The notes under the pieces were generated by a model. That model searched no databases. It saw nothing but the letters and a program-made list of their open reading frames with translations, and was not told where the DNA came from. From contig JBMNLI010000014.1 of the NCBI GenBank assembly GCA_050952645.1, forward strand, positions 10,300-74,299: a stretch of 64,000 nucleotides of DNA. The letters run 5' to 3'. A program made the translations under genes and the position numbers. This DNA comes from Bdellovibrionota bacterium. GTDB lineage: Bacteria; Bdellovibrionota_C; UBA2361; CAKMMH01. Positions 19,278-28,367 of the stretch are shown here, in pieces. The first letter of the stretch is position 1, and each line of letters starts with the position of its first letter.

Positions 19278-19388
19278 CATTCTTCACGTTTAAAGGTGGT
19301 TTTAAATTTTCCAAAAAAATTAGTACCACCCCTTCCCCGAGCTCAAAAGAAAAACTATTTTCCTAACCCACTTAAAATGTGAAGAACC
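19278..19388 (-). mobile_element. 111-bp MITE copy (reverse orientation) with 8-bp target-site duplication
   Basis: (CA)TTCTTCACGTTT...AAAATGTGAAGAACC; ATTTTTAT at both 19270-19277 and 19389-19396; internal GTGGTACTAATTTT on the minus strand. Confidence 0.9.
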
Positions 19389-19392
19389 ATTT

Positions 19393-20283
19393 TTATTTAA
19401 GTTTTTGAATTATAGAATCATCAATGTAAAGCTCACCTTTGGCAATAATATCTACAATACCTCCGATAGAGATATTTGTAATTTTGCCGTTATTGATCTT
19501 TGTTTTAACTAAAATCTGTTTATTACTAGGTTGGCGCACTAAGATAGCTAGTCCTTTTTTATCTTTTAAGGTTTTAGCTATCCCAATTGCCGCAGTCCCC
19601 GAACCACAAGCCGTTTCATAGAAAACGCTATCAGTATTTTTAACCCAAACGATAGGAAAGATTTTTATCTCTTCTACGGCTTGTTTATACCAAATCGTAC
19701 CAACGGCTTCAAGGTCTTCTAAGTTTAAATTAGTTCTAATTTGTTTAGAAATTTCAATGTAATTTTTTTCATCAAAATTTAAAACATCCGTATCAATCAA
19801 AACGTGCGTAATACCTTTCATTTCAATGATATCAAGTAAAGTATCGTTATATTTTTTAGTAATATATTTAATATCATTGTCTAATTCTACTAGTGCATCA
19901 ATCCCTTTCTCAGTTTTAAAGCACGTTTCATGAAGCTTTTTGTTGACTCCTGATACTGAAAACTCACAAGTCCAACTTTCGTCAGTTTCATGCTTTAAGG
20001 CAGGGGAACCTTTATCAAGTAGGTAGGCTAAAAAAGCCCTACTTGCGTTTCCGCAAAATTCACCTTCCATCATATCTAATCTTGGAGTTCCATCGGCACA
20101 ATAGCTTACAAAACCAACCTGCTCTCCTCCTAAATGTAAGTTGTGCATAATCTTATTTGAAATAAGCGCCCTATCTTTAGGACTATCAACATGGGGTGAG
20201 TCTATTAGTATGGTAGTATTACCACTAGGACTCATTTTATAAAAATTAAAAGCAATTTTCACAACATTCTCCAATTTGAACAT
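19393..20283 (-). CDS. PLP-independent amino-acid racemase, DapF-fold, CntK/histidine-racemase-like
   Basis: SPSGNTTILI, EQVGF, GEFCGNA and ETACGSG (two catalytic Cys); lacks the canonical DapF KMHGxGNDF start. Confidence 0.82.
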   Translation of the reverse strand: MFKLENVVKIAFNFYKMSPSGNTTILIDSPHVDSPKDRALISNKIMHNLHLGGEQVGFVSYCADGTPRLDMMEGEFCGNASRAFLAYLLDKGSPALKHETDESWTCEFSVSGVNKKLHETCFKTEKGIDALVELDNDIKYITKKYNDTLLDIIEMKGITHVLIDTDVLNFDEKNYIEISKQIRTNLNLEDLEAVGTIWYKQAVEEIKIFPIVWVKNTDSVFYETACGSGTAAIGIAKTLKDKKGLAILVRQPSNKQILVKTKINNGKITNISIGGIVDIIAKGELYIDDSIIQKLK

Positions 20284-20393
20284 ACCATATTTATCACCAA
20301 ATTTATCATCTAAACCTAAAGAAAGCTATTGCAAAAAATAGAGCAATTGGTACACTTTCTGTGTGTAGTTATTTTTTTTATACGAGGTGTTAA

Positions 20394-20708
20394 ATGCAAG
20401 AAGAATCAGGAAGAGTAATAACGACTAATATTTCTTTTAGAAATACGGAAGCTACTGAAGCATTAAAACAATATGCTTCAGAAAAAATAACAAACGTCTT
20501 AAGAAAGTTTGTGCGCCAAGATACTGATGTTTCAATAGTGCTTAGCGTTGAAAAAACTAGACATATAGCCGAGGTAAGCTTTAGAGCAGATGGCGCTGAT
20601 TTTAATGCAAAGCAAGAAAGCACCGATCTTTATGCTTCAATAGATGGTTTAGTAGATAATATCACTTCCCAATTAAGAAGACATAAAGAAAAAATTCAAA
20701 AAAGATAA
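20394..20708 (+). CDS. hpf: Ribosome hibernation promoting factor (short HPF/RaiA)
   Basis: ISFRNTEATEALKQY, DLYASID...QLRRHKEK. Confidence 0.93.
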   Translation: MQEESGRVITTNISFRNTEATEALKQYASEKITNVLRKFVRQDTDVSIVLSVEKTRHIAEVSFRADGADFNAKQESTDLYASIDGLVDNITSQLRRHKEKIQKR

Positions 20709-20715
20709 AATTTAA

Positions 20716-20980
20716 AGCTTTCGCACGTTTTTTTAAATTACTCTCTTTTAAACGTTCTACCTTTAGCTTCCATAAATATGCTAGTTAGGAAAAGATATCG
20801 TTAAATAAGATAGATAAATATTATATCAAAAAATATTATAGTAAGATACCAACGAGAGATATTATAAAGAAATATAAAAGAGAGATAATCGTGTGAAAAC
20901 GTGTGAAAACATGTGAAAACATTGTATAAAACAGCATTGTATAAAATAACAAAGGCCACACAAAAAACGTGCAAGAAAGT
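20716..20980. mobile_element. Degenerate longer element with MITE-like inverted termini
   Basis: CTTTCGCACGTTTTTTT at left, AAAAAACGTGCAAGAAAG at right; internal CGTGTGAAAA 10-mer repeats. Confidence 0.5.
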
Positions 20981-21410
20981 TTGAAATTTAGATAAAAATT
21001 TTATTTAACTTAAGGTTTTTTATATAGGTTTTATGGAATTTCAAAGCATTATTATAGCTTTTTGTAGGTATTTTTAATTTTTAGTGTTTTATTTAATGCA
21101 TTTATTTAATGCTTTATTATTTAATGTAAATATATTTTTTTCTTACCATTTTTTGTTTATTTTTTTACTTATTTTTTATCTATTTTCTAGTTAATTTTCT
21201 TTAAATCCCTATTTAATCTTTCTTTTAGCGACTTTTTAGCGAAAATAGATCAAAAAAACACTGATAAAATAAAAAAATAAACAACTATTCGCAAAAAAGA
21301 TCATCTTAAAATTTAGGTAACGCTATTTTTTTAAAAATAGGGGATATTCTAGTTTTTTGTTTTTTATAAGAAACTATAAAAAATACGTAATTATTTAAGG
21401 GCATAAACTC

Positions 21411-22295
21411 GTGTTATTTAAGTATAAAATACGAAAATTATTAAAAACAAATAATCAAAAATTAGCTATGCAAGTATTAAAAATTATACTAGTAGCTACC
21501 ATTTTGATTATTTTGCTAATTTTAGCTAATGGTTTATTTATAAATTTTCTTAATAGTGAATCGTCCGTAAAAAATAATATTTTATCGGCACTAGATAAAG
21601 ATAATTTAAAATTAAGTCAGGCTAATGCTAATAACGCATTATCAAACGTAAATTATGCTTTAATAACTCAAAAAAATATTTTTGGTAATTTATCTAATAA
21701 CCAAGAAGATAAAGATGTAGAAAGCAGTAGACCTAGCTCTGATATTCCTTTAGCTCTTATCGGAACGGTCATTACAACGGGTTCTGCCCCTTATGCAATA
21801 ATTGAAAATACTAAAGAAAACTTACAAGATGCTTTTTCTACTGGTGATAGCGTATTCGAGTTAGCTACTCTCGTTGCCATATACAAAAACAAAGTAGAAA
21901 TAAGAAGAAATGGAATAATAGAAACTCTTGAGATAGATGCTTTCGACTCAGATGGACAAGATGATGAACAGTCGGGAAATATTCTTTATCTAGATGCAAA
22001 AGAAGTGCAAGCTGCACTTTCTAATCTTCCAGAGGTGATGACGCACGCTCGTGCTATTCCATATTGGCAAGAGGGGCAAGCGGTGGGAGTTAGACTATTT
22101 TCAATAAAGCAAGGTAGTATTTTTGAGAAAGTAGGTTTGAAAAATGGAGATATATTAAAAAATATAAATGGCAAACAACTTGGAGATTTTTCAAAAGCTA
22201 TGGGACTTTTTGAAGAACTTAAAAATGAGACTTCATTAAGTATCAATCTTGAAAGAAATAAAGAAGAAATGAATTTACATTACAAAATAAGGTAA
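21411..22295 (+). CDS. gspC: T2SS protein C with PDZ domain
   Basis: N-terminal TM, LALIGTV...YAIIE HR domain, ARAIPY...IKQGSIFEKVGLKNGDIL PDZ; precedes gspD. Confidence 0.9.
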   Translation: MLFKYKIRKLLKTNNQKLAMQVLKIILVATILIILLILANGLFINFLNSESSVKNNILSALDKDNLKLSQANANNALSNVNYALITQKNIFGNLSNNQEDKDVESSRPSSDIPLALIGTVITTGSAPYAIIENTKENLQDAFSTGDSVFELATLVAIYKNKVEIRRNGIIETLEIDAFDSDGQDDEQSGNILYLDAKEVQAALSNLPEVMTHARAIPYWQEGQAVGVRLFSIKQGSIFEKVGLKNGDILKNINGKQLGDFSKAMGLFEELKNETSLSINLERNKEEMNLHYKIR

Positions 22296-22303
22296 GAAAC
22301 TTT

Positions 22304-25078
22304 ATGAAAACTATATTAAAAAGTAAATTATTAAGTAAAACATTATTATCAAGCTTATCAAGCTTATTGTTATGCTTGTTATTATGTTTAAGTTATTCAT
22401 CTTTATCATTCGCTCAAAGCTCGCAAGCAGATAGTGATGGAAATAGTGATATAATAAGCCTTAGAGCTCAAGATAATCAAAATAATGATGATTTAGCTAA
22501 AGATGCATCGACTGAAATAAACGTAAAAAATGCGGATATAGCAGCAATCGTAAAAGTTTTTAGTAAGAAAACGAAAAGAAATTATATCCTTGATGAAAAT
22601 GTAAGAGGTAAAGTTTCTATATATCTGCCAGGAAAAGTAACGTCTGATGAGGCACTTAGGATATTAGAATCTGTTCTTGCACTTAAAGGTTTTACCTCGG
22701 TTCCAGTAAGTAAAAACTTATGGAAGATTATCCCTGCTAGAGATGCTAAAGGAGCTACTATCCCGACTAAATTAAGTAGCGACATAGATAATGCAACGGC
22801 AGCGGTAGTCACGAGACTAATAAATTTAAAGTACGTAAATGCCGAAGATATGCAACAAATAATTTCTCAAATGATATCTCCAAACGGTATAGTTAACGCT
22901 TATACGGGAACGAACGCTTTAATAATTATCGACTCGGAGGATAACGTTGCAAGGTTAATAGATATTATAAACACTTTAGACGTTCCTTTTACTAGTCAAG
23001 AAATGACTATAGTGCCAATTAAATATGCAGAGGCTACAGATTTAGCAGAGAAATTAAAAGAAATTTTAACTGATGAGAAAAACAATGCGACCATTAACAA
23101 TCTTCGCAACCCAAGAATATTAGGGCAAAATAGGCTTCCACAAGTACCACAACAAGGAGGGGGTGCTAGTGCATCTAGCGGCAAAACTATTGCTTCTAGA
23201 GCAAAAGAACCAAAGATTATAGCTGATGAAAGAACTAACTCTATTATTTTACTTGCCGATGATGAAACGACCGCAAGAATTAAAGCGCTAATAGACCAGT
23301 TAGATAGTCAAGTTGATTTGTCGGGAAATAGATATTACGTTTATCGTTGCCAGCATGCTAATGCTGAGGATTTAGCTGAAGTGTTATCGGGCTTAAGTTC
23401 TAATGCAAAGAGTAGCTCTGAGTCTGCAAATCCAGGGCTACAAAAAACTAGCGATACTAAAACTAGAAACAGAACTCAAGAAAGACTTGCAACGCAAACT
23501 AGAACGCTTGGCACCTCTAGACTAACTCCTAAAAGTAGCGATAGTTTACAATCTGCAACGCTAGGGGAAGACGTTTCAATTACTGCCGATGCTTCTACTA
23601 ACTCTTTAATTATAAGTGCTAGCAAGGCAGATTATAGAAAGATTTTAAATTTACTTTCCGAGCTCGATGTAAAAAGGCGTCAAGTGCTAGTTGAAGCTAT
23701 GCTTATGGAGGTTAATTTAGATGATACTAATAATATGGGGACGGAATGGATGACATCTAATGGCGGAAAAGATGGTGGTTTTTTTGCTAGCAATACTCAA
23801 GGAGGTTTAAATACTTTATTTAGCAACCCAGATCAACTTTCTGGATTTTCTATGGCTGCGGTAAGTGCTGGAAATTTAACTATAGGAAATATAAACGTTC
23901 CTACTCAAAGCGTTTTACTTCAAGCTGCAGCGAAAAGCTCCATAGCTAATGTGCTTAGTGCGCCAAATATTTTAACTGCCGATAACGAAGAAGCGGAGAT
24001 AGTAGTAGGTCAAAACGTTCCGATGCTTGCTAGCACGTCTACATCGTCAGATAATTTAAACAATACTTTTAACCAAATAGATAGACAGGATGTTGGTATT
24101 ACACTTCGTATCACTCCACGAATTAGCGAAGGAGATTTCGTAACGCTAAAAGTATTTACCGAAGTTTCAAACATTATCGATAAGGATCCTAGTTTAGGTT
24201 TTACAACTTCCGTTAAAACTAGTGAAACTACAGTTATAGCAAAAGACAACCAGATGATCGTAACGGGCGGTTTAATATCGGATGATAATACTACTACTGA
24301 AAACGGAGTTCCTTTTCTTAAGGATATTCCAATTCTTGGTCACGTTTTTAAAAATACTGTAAACTCAGTAACGAAGAAGAATCTTTTAATTTTTATAACG
24401 CCAAGAATTATAAGAGATCAGTTCGATGCTAGAAGCTCAACTATAGAAGAAAAAGAAAAATTAGAAGATGTTATTGCTTATAATAATATAACTCCTAATA
24501 GAGAGGGCGTGCTAAATCACCCAAGGATAGATGAGGTCGCTACGAGTGAAAAGTACGAGGGGGCAGTGCCTAGTATAATTACAGCACCTAGAGATAATGA
24601 TAGCACTCTTTTAAAAAGTAGTGGTGAAATTTTAAGATTAAAAGCTTCTCCAAAGCTTCCATCTTTGAAACTTCCAGTTCAAAAAACTAGTAGCGTAAAT
24701 GTTAATAGCAATAATAACAATAAAAATGAACTTCCTAAAGCATCGCTAAATATAGGTAAGATTACTAATAAGAATTTAAGTTCAGATAATCAAAAATATA
24801 TAGTGATGAAAGTTTTATCAAATGGGAAAACGTCGCCTTTTAAAACTTCAAAAAACTTATTTGGCGTAACTATGCCAAGCAATGCTAATGTTAATAGTTT
24901 CTTTGTTCCAGGAGGGCGATATGTGTATAATAATAATGGGGAAAAAATAGAACTAGTTGCGCAGGGAGTTTTTAACAATAAAGATAAAGCGGAATATATC
25001 TACGAGGAGTTAAAGCTCGCATCTTGGAACGAATTAGGTTCTCAAGATTTAATGCGTTCTTGGAGAAAGGCTAATTAA
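22304..25078 (+). CDS. gspD: T2SS secretin
   Basis: N0-N3 domains, QVLVEA, NVLSAPNILTADNEEAEIVVG, RQDVGITLRITP, VPFLKDIPILG; long C-terminal extension. Confidence 0.95.
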   Translation: MKTILKSKLLSKTLLSSLSSLLLCLLLCLSYSSLSFAQSSQADSDGNSDIISLRAQDNQNNDDLAKDASTEINVKNADIAAIVKVFSKKTKRNYILDENVRGKVSIYLPGKVTSDEALRILESVLALKGFTSVPVSKNLWKIIPARDAKGATIPTKLSSDIDNATAAVVTRLINLKYVNAEDMQQIISQMISPNGIVNAYTGTNALIIIDSEDNVARLIDIINTLDVPFTSQEMTIVPIKYAEATDLAEKLKEILTDEKNNATINNLRNPRILGQNRLPQVPQQGGGASASSGKTIASRAKEPKIIADERTNSIILLADDETTARIKALIDQLDSQVDLSGNRYYVYRCQHANAEDLAEVLSGLSSNAKSSSESANPGLQKTSDTKTRNRTQERLATQTRTLGTSRLTPKSSDSLQSATLGEDVSITADASTNSLIISASKADYRKILNLLSELDVKRRQVLVEAMLMEVNLDDTNNMGTEWMTSNGGKDGGFFASNTQGGLNTLFSNPDQLSGFSMAAVSAGNLTIGNINVPTQSVLLQAAAKSSIANVLSAPNILTADNEEAEIVVGQNVPMLASTSTSSDNLNNTFNQIDRQDVGITLRITPRISEGDFVTLKVFTEVSNIIDKDPSLGFTTSVKTSETTVIAKDNQMIVTGGLISDDNTTTENGVPFLKDIPILGHVFKNTVNSVTKKNLLIFITPRIIRDQFDARSSTIEEKEKLEDVIAYNNITPNREGVLNHPRIDEVATSEKYEGAVPSIITAPRDNDSTLLKSSGEILRLKASPKLPSLKLPVQKTSSVNVNSNNNNKNELPKASLNIGKITNKNLSSDNQKYIVMKVLSNGKTSPFKTSKNLFGVTMPSNANVNSFFVPGGRYVYNNNGEKIELVAQGVFNNKDKAEYIYEELKLASWNELGSQDLMRSWRKAN

Positions 25079-25230
25079 ATTTAACATTTAAATTTAAAGG
25101 GTTTTTTTATGTTTTAAGTGAGTTGTAAAAAGTTGTGTAAATAAGTTTATAAAATAAGTTTATAAAAAAAGTTTATAAAAAAAGTGTGATTATAAAAGGA
25201 ATTATAAAGTTATAAAAGGAATTATAAAGA

Positions 25231-26844
25231 ATGAGTAGTGAAGCAAGAAAATTAAATCATAACATAGGTGATTTAAAAGCTTTAGCAAGGTATTTAGGAG
25301 TGCTATATTACGATAAACTTTCTGACCCTATTTTGCCTCAAAAAATTGTAAAGGGTGATTTTAAAAGAATCACAGGCTCTTGGGCAAAAAATTATTTAGC
25401 TATTCCTATTGCAGAGTCGGAAAATGAAATCATAGTCGCTACGTCTGAACCAGATAATATAAACCTTATCGAGCAACTACAAATATGTTTTGGAAAAGCC
25501 GTAAAAATAATTGCAGCTCCAGAAGAAGAAGTTTTAAAAGCCATTAACTCGGTTAAAACGAGACTTATGAACGATCGCTCGAGTGATTTAAAGAGCGATG
25601 ATGATGACGATGGTAACGAGTTTAGCCATGAGTTAAAGATAGACGTTACGGATGCAGAGGATGATGATGCTCCGATTATACGATACGTAAATGCAATGAT
25701 TTTTAAAGCTAACACTGAACGAGCTTCAGATATTCACGTTGAGCCTTATGAAAACGAGGTGAAAGTTAGATTTAGAATAGACGGTGTGCTTTACGATATT
25801 GCTAGTGAAGATAAAATGTTCCAAGCTGGTATTGCTAGTAGAATAAAAATTATGGCAGGTCTTAATATTGCAGAAAAAAGATTGCCACAAGATGGGAGAA
25901 TAGGTCTTAAAATTGCTGGTAAAGATGTAGATATTCGTGTATCTACGATTCCTACCTCATTTGGTGAAAGAATAGTTCTTAGAATTCTCGACCAAACATC
26001 GACCGTGCTAGATTTAGAGCAGCTTGGGATTACTGGGAAAAATCTTGCAACGGTTCAAAATTTAATTACTAAGCCTAATGGTATAATTTTAGTTACTGGG
26101 CCTACGGGTTCTGGTAAGTCTACAACCTTATATTCCTGCTTGTCGTATATAAATAAGCCTGATTTAAATATTTTAACGGTTGAAGATCCTGTCGAGTACC
26201 AACTCCCAGGGATTGGGCAAATGCAAGTAAATCCGAAGATAGGATTCACTTTTGCTTCGGGGCTTCGTGCAATTTTACGTCAAGACCCAGACGTCGTGAT
26301 GGTTGGTGAGATTCGTGATGCAGAAACTGCCGATATTGCTATTCAAGCATCGCTTACGGGACACTTAGTTTTATCTACTCTTCACACGAACGACTCTGCT
26401 GGAGCTATTGCAAGGCTAATAGATATGGGAGTGGAGCCTTTCTTAGTATCTTCAAGTTTGCTTGCTATTATGGCTCAGCGTCTTATAAGACGCCTTTGCC
26501 CAGTATGTAAGGAAGAGTATGAGCTTTCAGATGAAGAGTTAAGAAATTTAGGTATTGCGCCTCATAAATTAAAATCGAGAAAAGCTTATAGGGAAGGGAC
26601 AAAGCCTTGCAGTTTTTGTCAAAATACTAGATATAAAGGGCGAAGTGGCATCCATGAATTGTTGTTAATAGATGAGGATGTGAGAAGTTTAATTACTCAA
26701 AGAATGGACTCTACGACTATAAAGAGAGCAGCTTTTAAGAAAGGTTTTAAAACATTAAGAATGGACGGCGCCACGAAAGTTTTAGCTGGTATAACCTCAG
26801 TTCAAGAAGTATTATTAGTAACTCATGAGAATGAAAATTTATAA
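25231..26844 (+). CDS. gspE: T2SS assembly ATPase
   Basis: ASDIHVEP, RLPQDG, GPTGSGKS, LRQDPDVVMVGEIRD, CPVC/CSFC Zn site. Confidence 0.96.
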   Translation: MSSEARKLNHNIGDLKALARYLGVLYYDKLSDPILPQKIVKGDFKRITGSWAKNYLAIPIAESENEIIVATSEPDNINLIEQLQICFGKAVKIIAAPEEEVLKAINSVKTRLMNDRSSDLKSDDDDDGNEFSHELKIDVTDAEDDDAPIIRYVNAMIFKANTERASDIHVEPYENEVKVRFRIDGVLYDIASEDKMFQAGIASRIKIMAGLNIAEKRLPQDGRIGLKIAGKDVDIRVSTIPTSFGERIVLRILDQTSTVLDLEQLGITGKNLATVQNLITKPNGIILVTGPTGSGKSTTLYSCLSYINKPDLNILTVEDPVEYQLPGIGQMQVNPKIGFTFASGLRAILRQDPDVVMVGEIRDAETADIAIQASLTGHLVLSTLHTNDSAGAIARLIDMGVEPFLVSSSLLAIMAQRLIRRLCPVCKEEYELSDEELRNLGIAPHKLKSRKAYREGTKPCSFCQNTRYKGRSGIHELLLIDEDVRSLITQRMDSTTIKRAAFKKGFKTLRMDGATKVLAGITSVQEVLLVTHENENL

Positions 26845-26916
26845 TAAGAGTTTATAATAAGAGTTTATAATTAAAGTTTATAATTATTAAAGTTTTTGTA
26901 ATAAGGTTAATTAAAG

Positions 26917-28143
26917 ATGCCTATTTTTGAATATAATGCGATATCATCAACTACTGGAAGAAAGATAAAAGGCAATATAGATGCTGAGAATATAAGAATT
27001 GCTAGGCAAAAATTAAAATCTCAAGGTGTTTACGTTACGGATATTCGTGAGGGCTTAGAAAAAAATGCTACCACGAAAAAAGGCGAAATAAATTTTTTAA
27101 AAAATAGAGTTTCTCTTAAAGATTTATCTATTATTACATCGCAGCTTACTACTCTTATCGTTGCGGGGCTTCCTCTAGTTAATGCGCTTCAAGCGCTTGC
27201 TGAGCAAACGGAGTCGAGAAATTTAAGAAGAATTCTAACCGATGTTAGAGAGAGTGTAGAAGAGGGGAACGCCTTTCATAAGTCGCTTGCAAATTTTCCA
27301 AAAGCTTTTCCGAAGTTATACGTAAATATGATTGAAGCTGGGGAGGCTTCAGGAAAATTAGATTCTACTTTAGAAAATTTATCAAAGTATTTAGAAGAGC
27401 AACTCGCTTTAAGAAGACAAGTAATTTCATCTCTATTTTATCCTATATTGATGCTAGTTTTCTGCTTGTTAGTAGTCGTTGGGCTTCTTGCTTTTGTAGT
27501 TCCAAGTATAGTAGAAATATTTGAAAAGCAAGGCGGAACGCTCCCTCTTCCTACGAGAATAGTAGTAGGTATATCGGATATTATTATAAATTATTGGTGG
27601 GTATTTATTTTAGCGATTATAGGAATGGTAGTAGGTTTTAAAAAATATATACAAACGGAGCAAGGAAAATTTAATATAGATTTAATGCTTATAAGGCTTC
27701 CTTTTTTTGGAAAATTGTATACGAAAGTTGCAACGGCACGTGTTGCAAGCACTATCGGAACTCTGTTCGCAGGAGGTGTGCCACTACTTACTTGTCTAGA
27801 TATCGGAAAAAATATAGTAAGCAATGTCCATTTTAGAACATCTCTAGAGCAAGCGAGAGATGGCGTAGAAAAAGGAAAGAGTCTTTCTAGTGAGCTTGGG
27901 AAATCTGGGCTTTTCCCACCACTTTTATCGCATATGATAGCTGTAGGTGAAAAAAGCGGACAATTAGAACAGATGTTAGCACGTGCCGCTAAAGCCTACG
28001 AAGATGAGGTAAAAAATGCCCTTTCTGCCATTACATCAATTATCGAACCTTTAATGATCATATGTTTAGGCGGAATAGTTTTTGCAATAGTGATATCAAT
28101 TTTAATGCCTATGGTTGGAATAATCGATTTGATTCAAGGTTAG
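26917..28143 (+). CDS. gspF: T2SS inner-membrane platform protein
   Basis: Two T2SSF domains (AGEASGKLD...YP; VGEKSGQLE...EP). Confidence 0.95.
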   Translation: MPIFEYNAISSTTGRKIKGNIDAENIRIARQKLKSQGVYVTDIREGLEKNATTKKGEINFLKNRVSLKDLSIITSQLTTLIVAGLPLVNALQALAEQTESRNLRRILTDVRESVEEGNAFHKSLANFPKAFPKLYVNMIEAGEASGKLDSTLENLSKYLEEQLALRRQVISSLFYPILMLVFCLLVVVGLLAFVVPSIVEIFEKQGGTLPLPTRIVVGISDIIINYWWVFILAIIGMVVGFKKYIQTEQGKFNIDLMLIRLPFFGKLYTKVATARVASTIGTLFAGGVPLLTCLDIGKNIVSNVHFRTSLEQARDGVEKGKSLSSELGKSGLFPPLLSHMIAVGEKSGQLEQMLARAAKAYEDEVKNALSAITSIIEPLMIICLGGIVFAIVISILMPMVGIIDLIQG

Positions 28144-28367
28144 GCTTATAATTCTAATTCTCGAACTCAATCTTAAACTTCAATTTTGAACGCTATTTTG
28201 ACTCTATTTTAAAGCGTAATCTCATTGAAGTTTTAAGTATTTTTTAGTATACTAAAGAGCGTTATTTTTAATTTTCAATTATCAGAAAATATCTAGAACA
28301 ACTAGCTACACTTTCTAGTGTTAAGCTTCTAGTAAGACTAAAATTTTAGTAAGGAAATAAACTAATT

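Noticed and set aside
20348..20363. Sigma-54 promoter before hpf (TGGTACACTTTCTGTG)
   Set aside because: The -12 position reads GT rather than GC; a sigma-70 TTGCAA-N16-TACACT explains the site equally well.
20981..21410. Long AT-rich spacers (also 42882-43371, 57775-58250) as origin or RNA genes
   Set aside because: No DnaA-box cluster, tRNA cloverleaf or GC-rich structured RNA recognised by eye.
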